This document shows, piece by piece, positions 56,944 through 64,000 of a stretch of DNA of 64,000 bases; within the stretch, counting starts at the first letter, position 1; each line of letters starts with the position of its first letter. Under the pieces are notes generated by a model. The model worked only from the letters and a program-made list of their open reading frames with translations. It was not told the origin of the DNA and searched no databases. The stretch comes from a virus (Duplodnaviria; Heunggongvirae; Uroviricota; Caudoviricetes): the IMG/VR virus record IMGVR_UViG_3300047447_000093; one strand, given 5' to 3'. The position numbers and the translations under genes were made by a program.

Positions 56944-57147
56944 TTAATCTCCCATTTCCAAATAATTTCTTCGTAACACCATAATAATTTCAATGTGAAA
57001 TATCTCTTGTACTATTCCACCGTAGAATTCATCTAGTTCCAAACACTCTTCTTCACCTAAATAAACTTTGCTAGGCCATGCCCTGTGAGGCTTTTCTAAA
57101 TATTGTACAAGAGATGCTTCAATTTTATCTCTGATGGTTGTTACCAC
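56944..57147 (-). CDS. hypothetical protein
   Basis: 67-aa ORF. Confidence 0.3.
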   Translation of the reverse strand: MVTTIRDKIEASLVQYLEKPHRAWPSKVYLGEEECLELDEFYGGIVQEIFHIEIIMVLRRNYLEMGD

Positions 57148-57148
57148 A

Positions 57149-57340
57149 TCAAATGTCTCTTATAAACTTAGGATTCACTGCCTGAAAACAAATCACTTTA
57201 TCCTTCTTATCTTCTGGAACTTGTTTCTTCACTTCCTCTACAGCCAACATACAAGCTTGTTTGCTATCGAATTGCTCAAGGAAAGCTCCAACAGGATATG
57301 GCTGTTGCTGCAAGAAAACTACCAAAATAAAAATAAACAT
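57149..57340 (-). CDS. hypothetical secreted/membrane protein
   Basis: 63 aa with a hydrophobic N-terminus. Confidence 0.3.
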   Translation of the reverse strand: MFIFILVVFLQQQPYPVGAFLEQFDSKQACMLAVEEVKKQVPEDKKDKVICFQAVNPKFIRDI

Positions 57341-57341
57341 T

Positions 57342-57563
57342 TCATATTGCTCCTAGAATAACAGACACACAAACACCTACTGTGAGAACAATCCCGACAG
57401 AGTACAAGATGGCTTTCTTGTTGTCTCCTTCGCAATCATCAAAAATATCTGCAATGAATGCCACACCTGCTAGGATGAGGAACATTGAACAGATGACACC
57501 AAAGCTTGTCATAGAAATAGACTCCCCATACAAAGTAAGATTATAACACAAAGAATGGAACAA
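57342..57563 (-). CDS. small membrane protein
   Basis: 73 aa, two TM helices. Confidence 0.3.
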   Translation of the reverse strand: MFHSLCYNLTLYGESISMTSFGVICSMFLILAGVAFIADIFDDCEGDNKKAILYSVGIVLTVGVCVSVILGAI

Positions 57564-57654
57564 TGCAAGACAGAAGGCTCTTGCCAGCCCTCTAGACGGG
57601 ACAGATGGTATGTGCCAAGGCCGCTACAGGCAAGCAGTAGGCCAAAGGTGAATA

Positions 57655-58848
57655 TTATGAAGTACATTCTTGTTTTTCTTTCATGCGTTTGTTTAATGCT
57701 TCTACAACAAGCTGTCCAATTTGTTTCTCTGCTTCTACTTTCAAAGAAGTGTTGAAGCGTCCGTAGTGTTGTTGTAAAGACCAACCTGCCAATTCTTCAC
57801 GCATCGTATTTGAAATATTATTTAAATAATGAGTAGTGTCTGCCCTCATATTTAATCCAATCGTACTAGAACGTTCCCCATCCTTCGTTACACTGTACAC
57901 TAAATAACCTCCATTAGCACTCCAGTCAGCATATCCTGCAACACAATGCCCCATGTGATTACCCTCTTCAGCAATCAGGAAACGAGAATCAAGTATTGTC
58001 GCAACATACCCTTCGTGCTCAATCACTCTAGGAAGCTCTTTAGTCCATTCAAAAGGAGTAGGGGAATACCTGCGAGCAGTAATCTCTTTAGACATCCTAT
58101 CGTGTTCTTCCTTCATCCTACGAGGACTCCATTTAGGATTAAACTTTTCGTTCAGCTTCTCAGCCAACCTAGAACTGTCGGTGAAGATGTTTACCCACTT
58201 TTTCATTTCATCATAGTTTTTCCATTGTCCTTTGAAATGCTCTTTCAAATAAGTAAGAGATTGAATAGGGAACTCATTAGAGTATTTCAGAAGTGTTGAA
58301 GGAATATCAGCTTCAAAAAGTTCTTTTCGTTTTTCATCCTTGCCATATCTGTAATGATCAACAAGCAACTTATTCTTTGTTACACTGTTCTTTGTCACAT
58401 TCTTCCAAGCCTTGCCGTAAATGGCTTTCAACTCTTTGGGCGACTTACCAAGAGCATTTACAACAGGAAGGAGGTTGTACAGCTTGTCATTATACACTTC
58501 ATTCAACAAATCTTTACTAATATTCAACTGCGCAATAGTGAATCTATTTGCACCTTTTTTGAATCCATTATACAGATTGACATATTTATACAAATGATAC
58601 ACAGGGACGATGAAAGCTTTCTTCTGTAATTTGTTAAAGTGCTTGTACAAAACAGCAATAGAGCATCCGAATTCGTCACCTAGACGCTTGTTATAAGCTT
58701 TGATGTTATCCCCGCGAGGCACAATAACATCATTCTGGCGAAGCATCTCTTTTGCCCATTCACATGCGTTCTTATACGGACGATAGAGAGTAATTTCGGC
58801 CTTACCTACTTGAATCAAAGAACGTTCTGGAAAGTATTCAATTTTCAT
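57655..58848 (-). CDS. PcfJ-like protein (putative)
   Basis: 397 aa. EEGNHMGHCVAGY resembles the conserved MxHCVxxY core of PcfJ-family proteins. From memory only. Confidence 0.3.
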   Translation of the reverse strand: MKIEYFPERSLIQVGKAEITLYRPYKNACEWAKEMLRQNDVIVPRGDNIKAYNKRLGDEFGCSIAVLYKHFNKLQKKAFIVPVYHLYKYVNLYNGFKKGANRFTIAQLNISKDLLNEVYNDKLYNLLPVVNALGKSPKELKAIYGKAWKNVTKNSVTKNKLLVDHYRYGKDEKRKELFEADIPSTLLKYSNEFPIQSLTYLKEHFKGQWKNYDEMKKWVNIFTDSSRLAEKLNEKFNPKWSPRRMKEEHDRMSKEITARRYSPTPFEWTKELPRVIEHEGYVATILDSRFLIAEEGNHMGHCVAGYADWSANGGYLVYSVTKDGERSSTIGLNMRADTTHYLNNISNTMREELAGWSLQQHYGRFNTSLKVEAEKQIGQLVVEALNKRMKEKQECTS

Positions 58849-58876
58849 ATGTCATAAGGGGCTTCGGCCCCTGTTG

Positions 58877-59680
58877 TTATTTCGTGTTGACAATGCCCCG
58901 GAAGTCGGATGGAATCACAATCGTATTCACCTTACCATTACGAACACCTTCAGCAATCATCAGTTGTGCCTGAGCCTGCATATACGAAATAGATTGACCT
59001 GCATTGTTTGCCAGAGAAGCCATACGTTCAGACTCTTTCTTAGCCGTCTGCACTTCTACTTCCTTTGCTGCCAGTTCGCTCTTAGCCTTAATCAGATTAT
59101 TAGCAGCGTCAATGATAGCAGGATTTGCCTTAATACTACGAGCTTGCACTTGAGTTACGAGAACAGCGTTATCCAACTTTTCCTCTGCCAGAGTTTGTTT
59201 CACTTGTGCAAGAATCTCGTGTTCAATGTCTGCACGATGGTCATTCATTGTCAGAGCGTCATACTGACGTGCCACTTTGTAAACAGCATTCTTAACAGTG
59301 TTTTGCAGGTAAGTGTGCATGAGATGGATTTCACCTTGATCATCAAGAGCGTGGAAGCTGCGATTCTTGTTAATGTACAAATCACTTACAGAGCTTGGGT
59401 TAATGCTGTAGACAACAGATACATCGAAGTCGCCCATTGTAGAATTATCCTTTGCCAGAGGCGTAAGGTCAGACACATCTACAGAGATTTCCTTGATAGG
59501 AACTTCCAGCACAGAACCTACGAGAGTTTGATTGAACGAACCAGCCACCAATTCTGTACTGTCAATGGTGTTGTTAAAATTCTTACGCAGACCAACCTTA
59601 CCTTGATCAACAACTTTGAAACAACCCGACAGAGAGCTTGCCATAATAATAGCAGCTACAACAGACATAAACTTTTTCAT
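58877..59680 (-). CDS. SPFH/band-7 (stomatin/prohibitin-like) lipoprotein
   Basis: Signal peptide with lipobox LSGC. The central region has the SPFH fold pattern followed by an Ala/Gln/Glu-rich coiled-coil, as in HflK/C or YqiK. Confidence 0.55.
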   Translation of the reverse strand: MKKFMSVVAAIIMASSLSGCFKVVDQGKVGLRKNFNNTIDSTELVAGSFNQTLVGSVLEVPIKEISVDVSDLTPLAKDNSTMGDFDVSVVYSINPSSVSDLYINKNRSFHALDDQGEIHLMHTYLQNTVKNAVYKVARQYDALTMNDHRADIEHEILAQVKQTLAEEKLDNAVLVTQVQARSIKANPAIIDAANNLIKAKSELAAKEVEVQTAKKESERMASLANNAGQSISYMQAQAQLMIAEGVRNGKVNTIVIPSDFRGIVNTK

Positions 59681-59701
59681 AAATATTCCTCCTAGAATAA
59701 A

Positions 59702-59875
59702 TTAAAATAAAACTACAAGAACAATCATTACAACAGCAGCTAGAGTACCACAACCAACAATTTTAAGCAAGTGCTTTAGTGTACCTCCTGCTTCTTTGTA
59801 CAAACGAACACCGGAAGGGATGCCCATGATGACAAGCAACAAGAGCAAGAATGTCAAGATGATTTTGATGATCAT
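59702..59875 (-). CDS. small membrane protein (57 aa, not in track)
   Basis: ATG 5 nt after GGAGGGT; MIIKIILTFLLLLLVIMGIP...two TM helices. Immediately upstream of the SPFH gene. Confidence 0.35.
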   Translation of the reverse strand: MIIKIILTFLLLLLVIMGIPSGVRLYKEAGGTLKHLLKIVGCGTLAAVVMIVLVVLF

Positions 59876-59878
59876 TTG

Positions 59879-60070
59879 TCACCCTCCTAGATACATAATA
59901 CCTGCACAAATGCTTACAATTAAGGCTGTAATCACTGTAAAAATCATAGTACCGATAGGGTCTGCACACATACCCAACAGCCACATCAATGATACAGGAA
60001 TACCTATCAGAGTACAACCTTTTTGTTTCTTTGTTAGTTCTTTCCACTTAAGGAATTTAGGGAGCTTCAT
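59879..60070 (-). CDS. small membrane protein
   Basis: 63 aa, two TM helices. Preferred over overlapping track ORF 59763..60047. Confidence 0.35.
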   Translation of the reverse strand: MKLPKFLKWKELTKKQKGCTLIGIPVSLMWLLGMCADPIGTMIFTVITALIVSICAGIMYLGG

Positions 60071-60753
60071 ACATTCTCCAAAAGAGCCTTCAAACTTACA
60101 GGGAACAAGGGTGTGATAATCTCTTGTGCTTTCTGTGCAACAATACGAGATTCTTTCTGTGTGCCATTGGCAAGACGAAGAGTTAGCATGTCAGCATACG
60201 CACCAAGAGTACCAGACCAATACCATTCAGTCATTGTGTTCAGTGGCAAAGCATCACGAGCTTGTTCAGCACACACACCATGAGCAAGACGGGCATTATA
60301 CTCGTCTAGACAATTCTGTGAGTGTTCGATAGCTGCATGACGATCATAACCACTATCATCATCAGAGCTACCTTGTTTTACATTCTCTGCTGCTGCACGG
60401 AACACATCTGGAATATAGAACTCTGGTTCGTCACTGACATAACGACGAGAGATTTCATTCCAAGGCATGAATTTGTGCTTAACCAGTTGTCGTGCAACAC
60501 TGATAGGAGCTTTAACTTTCAGAGTGATGAATGAGTGGTTGAACGGCGATTTGTGTTTATGTTTTGCTAGATAGTTAATTAGCTTCGTGTCTTTTGTGGA
60601 AAGGTGGTTTGGAAGCTCGAAATCAGGATGGCCCCAAACTTCATTTTCCCACTCACTCTCTTTGTCAAAGGAAACCCTCGCAGCGTTAACCACAGACAAA
60701 TCACTGCCACAGTGTTGAATGTATTGTACTTCAATATCTGCAATTTTAATCAA
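60067..60753 (-). CDS. thyX: flavin-dependent thymidylate synthase
   Basis: 228 aa. KHKFMPWNEISRRY closely resembles the ThyX signature RHRxxSxNExSxRY. Confidence 0.55.
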   Translation of the reverse strand: MIKIADIEVQYIQHCGSDLSVVNAARVSFDKESEWENEVWGHPDFELPNHLSTKDTKLINYLAKHKHKSPFNHSFITLKVKAPISVARQLVKHKFMPWNEISRRYVSDEPEFYIPDVFRAAAENVKQGSSDDDSGYDRHAAIEHSQNCLDEYNARLAHGVCAEQARDALPLNTMTEWYWSGTLGAYADMLTLRLANGTQKESRIVAQKAQEIITPLFPVSLKALLENV

Positions 60754-61017
60754 TTAAACATCCTCTCCAAATTTCTCATGCGCGTCTGCGAAGCCTTGTT
60801 CGTATCCAATAGCTTTACCGTCTTCATATCCTTCATCGTAGGCATCTTCTGCAACGTTATCACAATCAGCACTCACATCACTCTGCCCAGCATCATATCC
60901 AACATCATATCCAACATTCCAAGCAGGATTACCCTTGCCTTCTAGCCACTGTTCAAAATCCTTCTCTGTCATCTCAGACAGCTTCTGTTGTAAAGCTTGT
61001 GTCTCTGTCAGGTTCAT
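60754..61017 (-). CDS. hypothetical acidic protein
   Basis: 87-aa ORF. Confidence 0.3.
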   Translation of the reverse strand: MNLTETQALQQKLSEMTEKDFEQWLEGKGNPAWNVGYDVGYDAGQSDVSADCDNVAEDAYDEGYEDGKAIGYEQGFADAHEKFGEDV

Positions 61018-61176
61018 TTATCCTCCGTCACAGAAATTCCAATCTGTCTCATGTTACCATCATTCTTACCACAAGCATCGCTAAGACCATAAAAATAAGC
61101 ATCCGAAACAAGTTCTGCTGCAACTTCCTCATTCTCAGCTTCAACCATTACAAGCATTTCTACTAAAAATTGTTTC
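61018..61176 (-). CDS. small hypothetical protein (52 aa, not in track)
   Basis: ATG start MKQFLVEML..., fills the gap between two genes. Confidence 0.25.
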
Positions 61177-61480
61177 ATAGCATTTCCGTTTCAAGTTCTT
61201 CATAGTTTTCTTTGTACAACACTCTAAACTTTTTCTCAGGGAAGATGTTCTTGGAATAGACCGTGCAACACTCACCAATGCCTTCAATAAAACTCTGCTC
61301 ACCATTCATCAGTTGATAAGCAGCTACTTTGAACAACCCATCAATCTTCTCTTCTAGAGTGTCGCCATCTAGCTCCCAGAAACCGGACTCAAAGATGTCT
61401 ACGAATTCTTGGTTGAGAAAGCTGTCATCAATTTCAATGTCATATTCTACAGTTTTTACTACTTCTACAGATCGTTTCAT
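61175..61480 (-). CDS. hypothetical protein
   Basis: 101-aa acidic ORF. Confidence 0.3.
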   Translation of the reverse strand: MKRSVEVVKTVEYDIEIDDSFLNQEFVDIFESGFWELDGDTLEEKIDGLFKVAAYQLMNGEQSFIEGIGECCTVYSKNIFPEKKFRVLYKENYEELETEML

Positions 61481-61716
61481 TTGCTTTCCCTTGCATCAAG
61501 AATAAGACATAGAAAACCAATTACGAAATACCAAAAGGGCAGCTTTAAAGCACACCCCGCAATGAATGCGAATAGGGCAACCATTATTCTACACCTCCCA
61601 CACATCAAGAATATCAAATCCCTCTGCCACTTCCTGTTCATAAGCAGCAACAAGGAATGGGAAAATGTTCTGTTTAGCTTCTTCAGGAGACTCTGCATAG
61701 ACACGTACAGTGACAT
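61477..61716 (-). CDS. small membrane protein
   Basis: 79-aa ORF. Confidence 0.3.
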   Translation of the reverse strand: MSLYVSMQSLLKKLNRTFSHSLLLLMNRKWQRDLIFLMCGRCRIMVALFAFIAGCALKLPFWYFVIGFLCLILDARESK

Positions 61717-61894
61717 CTACGTCATACATTTGCTCACTCATTCCTCAAGCTCCTCTACATTCCAGTGATGAGAGTCTTCCGTCAAATAGTGATGTTCAAG
61801 AAAGTCTACAATAACATCTGCTGCAATATAGGCTTCGTCAAAGTTATCTACCTCTACGATAGTAGAGATACTAATAGCGTATTTAGGCATTGTA

Positions 61895-62263
61895 TCACCA
61901 ATCGTATTCAAAAGAATAAAGATTACGTTTTAGAACATCCTCTTTGAATGCTGTTACATCCACTGCGGAGAAATCAAAGTCGTAATCTTCTTGTCCTTCT
62001 AGTACAGAGAGGATATCAGAAATATCCACTGTTTGATGACGTTCAACCCACACAGGCCCACCATAACCAATAAAGTCATCATCTGGAAGCCCTTCAAACC
62101 GTTCAATCCAACGGGAATGCTCCCGCAGATCACTCGGAGCACTCATAAACACTTCCCAACGCTCATCCAGAGGAACAGATGTGTCAGCAATGTATGCTGC
62201 AAATTCTTTCTTAATTTCTTCGATTTGAGAACGAAGAATGTCTACACGTTCTTTGAAATTCAT
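61895..62263 (-). CDS. hypothetical protein
   Basis: 122-aa ORF. Confidence 0.3.
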   Translation of the reverse strand: MNFKERVDILRSQIEEIKKEFAAYIADTSVPLDERWEVFMSAPSDLREHSRWIERFEGLPDDDFIGYGGPVWVERHQTVDISDILSVLEGQEDYDFDFSAVDVTAFKEDVLKRNLYSFEYDW

Positions 62264-62271
62264 TGTTCCTC

Positions 62272-62514
62272 CTAGTTATATTCCTGCACCACTGCTGGTA
62301 TTTCATCAACAAGGGCATCAAACAGTTCTTTGTTGTCTGTCTGAATTGCTACAAGATCGCAGATGTTTTCTTTTAACAACTCTGCATCAGCAAGGGATTC
62401 TGCTTCTACAATCCATCGTACATCAATTGAATATTGCATTTTACCATCCATAGGTTGAAATATAAAGTTTACCATATTTCTTAGTAATTTCAAAGAACTT
62501 ATTCTTTGCATCAA
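62272..62514 (-). CDS. hypothetical protein
   Basis: 80-aa ORF. Confidence 0.3.
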   Translation of the reverse strand: MMQRISSLKLLRNMVNFIFQPMDGKMQYSIDVRWIVEAESLADAELLKENICDLVAIQTDNKELFDALVDEIPAVVQEYN

Positions 62515-62719
62515 TAATCTTCAATGTTAAATCATCTTCCACTTCTCTGTAATCATATACACCAGATTTAGCAACAGGAATACCTACAATACCGTCAGAG
62601 CCGTCATAGTAAGTGCTGTAGAAAGACAAGCCTTTGTCATACAAATCTTCTGTGTCTTGTTCAGCAAATTCATCTCGGTCTAAACCAACAACTAACACAG
62701 CTTGATAATCAACACCCAT
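62441..62719 (-). CDS. hypothetical protein
   Basis: 92 aa; overlaps the previous ORF by ~70 nt, so the start is uncertain. Confidence 0.25.
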   Translation of the reverse strand: MGVDYQAVLVVGLDRDEFAEQDTEDLYDKGLSFYSTYYDGSDGIVGIPVAKSGVYDYREVEDDLTLKIIDAKNKFFEITKKYGKLYISTYGW

Positions 62720-62720
62720 A

Positions 62721-63023
62721 TTAGTTCCTCACACTCTGAATAGCACTCTCGGAAGCCTCTTCAACAATACTGTCTTTCCACTCTTGGAGTAGAGCCAGTA
62801 ATTGACTTTCCAGAGTAGGTGCAGGGTTATTCTCAGGCTCTTTCACTTTCACCAGATGGAGCTTTTCAGCAACGTCTTTGTGCAGAAGTTTGTTCAGAAC
62901 ATTTGTCTGATAGTAACTACCCTTGCCACTTGGGCGGGAAGTGATAGAGATTTCAAAATAGTCATTTTCATCTGTACCAGACCTACCGCTCACATCACAT
63001 ACGTAAGTTTTGATTAGTGCCAT
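62721..63023 (-). CDS. hypothetical protein
   Basis: 100-aa ORF. Confidence 0.3.
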   Translation of the reverse strand: MALIKTYVCDVSGRSGTDENDYFEISITSRPSGKGSYYQTNVLNKLLHKDVAEKLHLVKVKEPENNPAPTLESQLLALLQEWKDSIVEEASESAIQSVRN

Positions 63024-63937
63024 TATGCAGCTTCCTTTTGTTTAGTTCGTTGAATAATACCATTTTTGATTGCTTCATCTACTTTGTCCATATAACCTTT
63101 ACCTTCTTTCTCATACAGTTCCATCACAGCATAAGCGTTCTCCCATGCAAACTCCCGGAAATATCCACCGCAGATTGACGAGGTAACTTTTCCAAGAGCA
63201 AACTTAAAGCTCCAATCCGGGTCAGGGCGTGGGTTAAAGCACAACTGCGAACGTTCAGCGGCCAAAGTTAGGCATTCCTCTAATACACCGTACAGTTGAA
63301 TCTCACGAGAACATTGTTTGAACTTTGACATGTCGGACCAAACTTCTCCTCCAGCGTAATAGAGGTAAGCAGGTTGATCCATAAACTTCAGTGCTTGGTG
63401 AATATCGTCATGTTCCCATTCATAATTGATACCATCACCAGCAAAGAATTCACCCTTCTTCACATTCAGTTTTGGCGTTTTATGTATGTAGGTATCTTTC
63501 TCACGATCAGCAAGAAACTCTTTGTGCTCCTCACGAATCTTTGCACCAGCTTTACGCAAAGCAAAGATATCATCCATTGTTTTAAAATGGTGTGGCGAAT
63601 CTTTTAGATATCTATGAGACATCTTCAGCAGCAACAGGACATCCAAAGAAGGAACAATCATCCCCTGTCCCACCCTGCCATTGTCAGATTGACCCTCAAC
63701 AAACTTAATCAGCTTTTCTGCACGAGAGCCTTCCCACGCTATTTCGGCTTCATGGATAACACCCTCACTGTCACGCATGAAGATTGTCTTACCTTCATTG
63801 ATTGGATAGAACACTTTGATATTATTCCTCTTACGATAGGCTTCAATTTCATCGTAAGTGCCTACAAGGTCTACATCAAGTGGCTCTCGCCAATCAGGGA
63901 GCCAATATTGAATAGCACGAGAGCCAATGAGTAGCAT
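63023..63937 (-). CDS. hypothetical protein
   Basis: 304-aa ORF; no motif recognised. Confidence 0.35.
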   Translation of the reverse strand: MLLIGSRAIQYWLPDWREPLDVDLVGTYDEIEAYRKRNNIKVFYPINEGKTIFMRDSEGVIHEAEIAWEGSRAEKLIKFVEGQSDNGRVGQGMIVPSLDVLLLLKMSHRYLKDSPHHFKTMDDIFALRKAGAKIREEHKEFLADREKDTYIHKTPKLNVKKGEFFAGDGINYEWEHDDIHQALKFMDQPAYLYYAGGEVWSDMSKFKQCSREIQLYGVLEECLTLAAERSQLCFNPRPDPDWSFKFALGKVTSSICGGYFREFAWENAYAVMELYEKEGKGYMDKVDEAIKNGIIQRTKQKEAA

Positions 63938-64000
63938 TATTTTCCTTTAATTAACAATCGTAAGAAGAACTGTTCCAATCGGGATGCATAGAGTCAATTG

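Noticed and set aside
58874-59695. 273-aa + strand ORF
   Set aside because: Antisense to the SPFH lipoprotein gene, which has a lipobox and an SPFH core. Cys/His-rich nonsense composition.
59763-60047. 94-aa minus ORF
   Set aside because: Overlaps two better-supported small membrane ORFs that have strong RBSs (59702..59875 and 59879..60070).
1-64000. Search for a reverse transcriptase / DGR, integrase, or CI-like repressor
   Set aside because: No ORF has a YxDD RT motif, a tyrosine-integrase R..HxxR..Y signature or repressor architecture. The only recombinase is the small serine enzyme at 4607..5284.

Overview
This 64-kb window looks like most of a tailed-phage genome with a long non-contractile tail and a 1983-aa tape measure protein. 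No integrase or repressor was seen, so it is probably virulent. The layout is as follows.

- **1–3.8 kb (+):** an operon of about ten small early genes. It starts with a DUF932-like protein and contains two copies of a conserved structured intergenic element.
- **3.85–4.55 kb:** roughly 700 bp with no genes, bounded by convergent terminators.
- **4.6–11 kb (−):** an accessory block. It holds a small serine recombinase (resolvase/invertase type) overlapping an HNH nuclease, plus a small HTH protein. It also carries an HD phosphohydrolase, a metallophosphoesterase, a ClpP-like protease, an HNH-AP2 homing endonuclease and a PhoH-like ATPase.
- **11.1–12.5 kb (+):** a putative small terminase, followed by seven tRNAs (Pro, Glu, Leu-UAG, Leu-UAA, Thr, Asn, Gly) lying between the small- and large-terminase genes.
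- **12.7–37.4 kb (+):** a complete late module. It runs from large terminase through portal, S49 prohead protease, scaffold and major capsid. After a T5orf172-type endonuclease insertion come head-tail genes and a LamG-like protein with Ser-rich tandem repeats. The module continues with a major tail protein, a G/GT chaperone pair (with an apparent -1 frameshift site AAATTTC) and the tape measure protein. It ends with distal tail genes, a glycine-rich protein and a lysis cassette with an M15-family peptidase endolysin.
- **37.6–64 kb (−):** replication and nucleotide metabolism. The replisome is T7-like: a family A polymerase (708 aa), a gp4-like primase-helicase, a gp2.5-like SSB ending in Phe, and a 5'-3' exonuclease. 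There are also NrdAB, ThyX, a possible MazG, two further metallophosphoesterase/Ser-Thr phosphatases and three more HNH endonucleases. A second tRNA cluster sits on the minus strand (Met/Ile-CAU, Ser-GCU and an atypical tRNA-like element). The block ends with an SPFH/band-7 lipoprotein next to two tiny membrane proteins.

Many sigma70-like promoters and rho-independent terminators are recognisable. All functional calls rest on motifs read by eye; no database search was possible.
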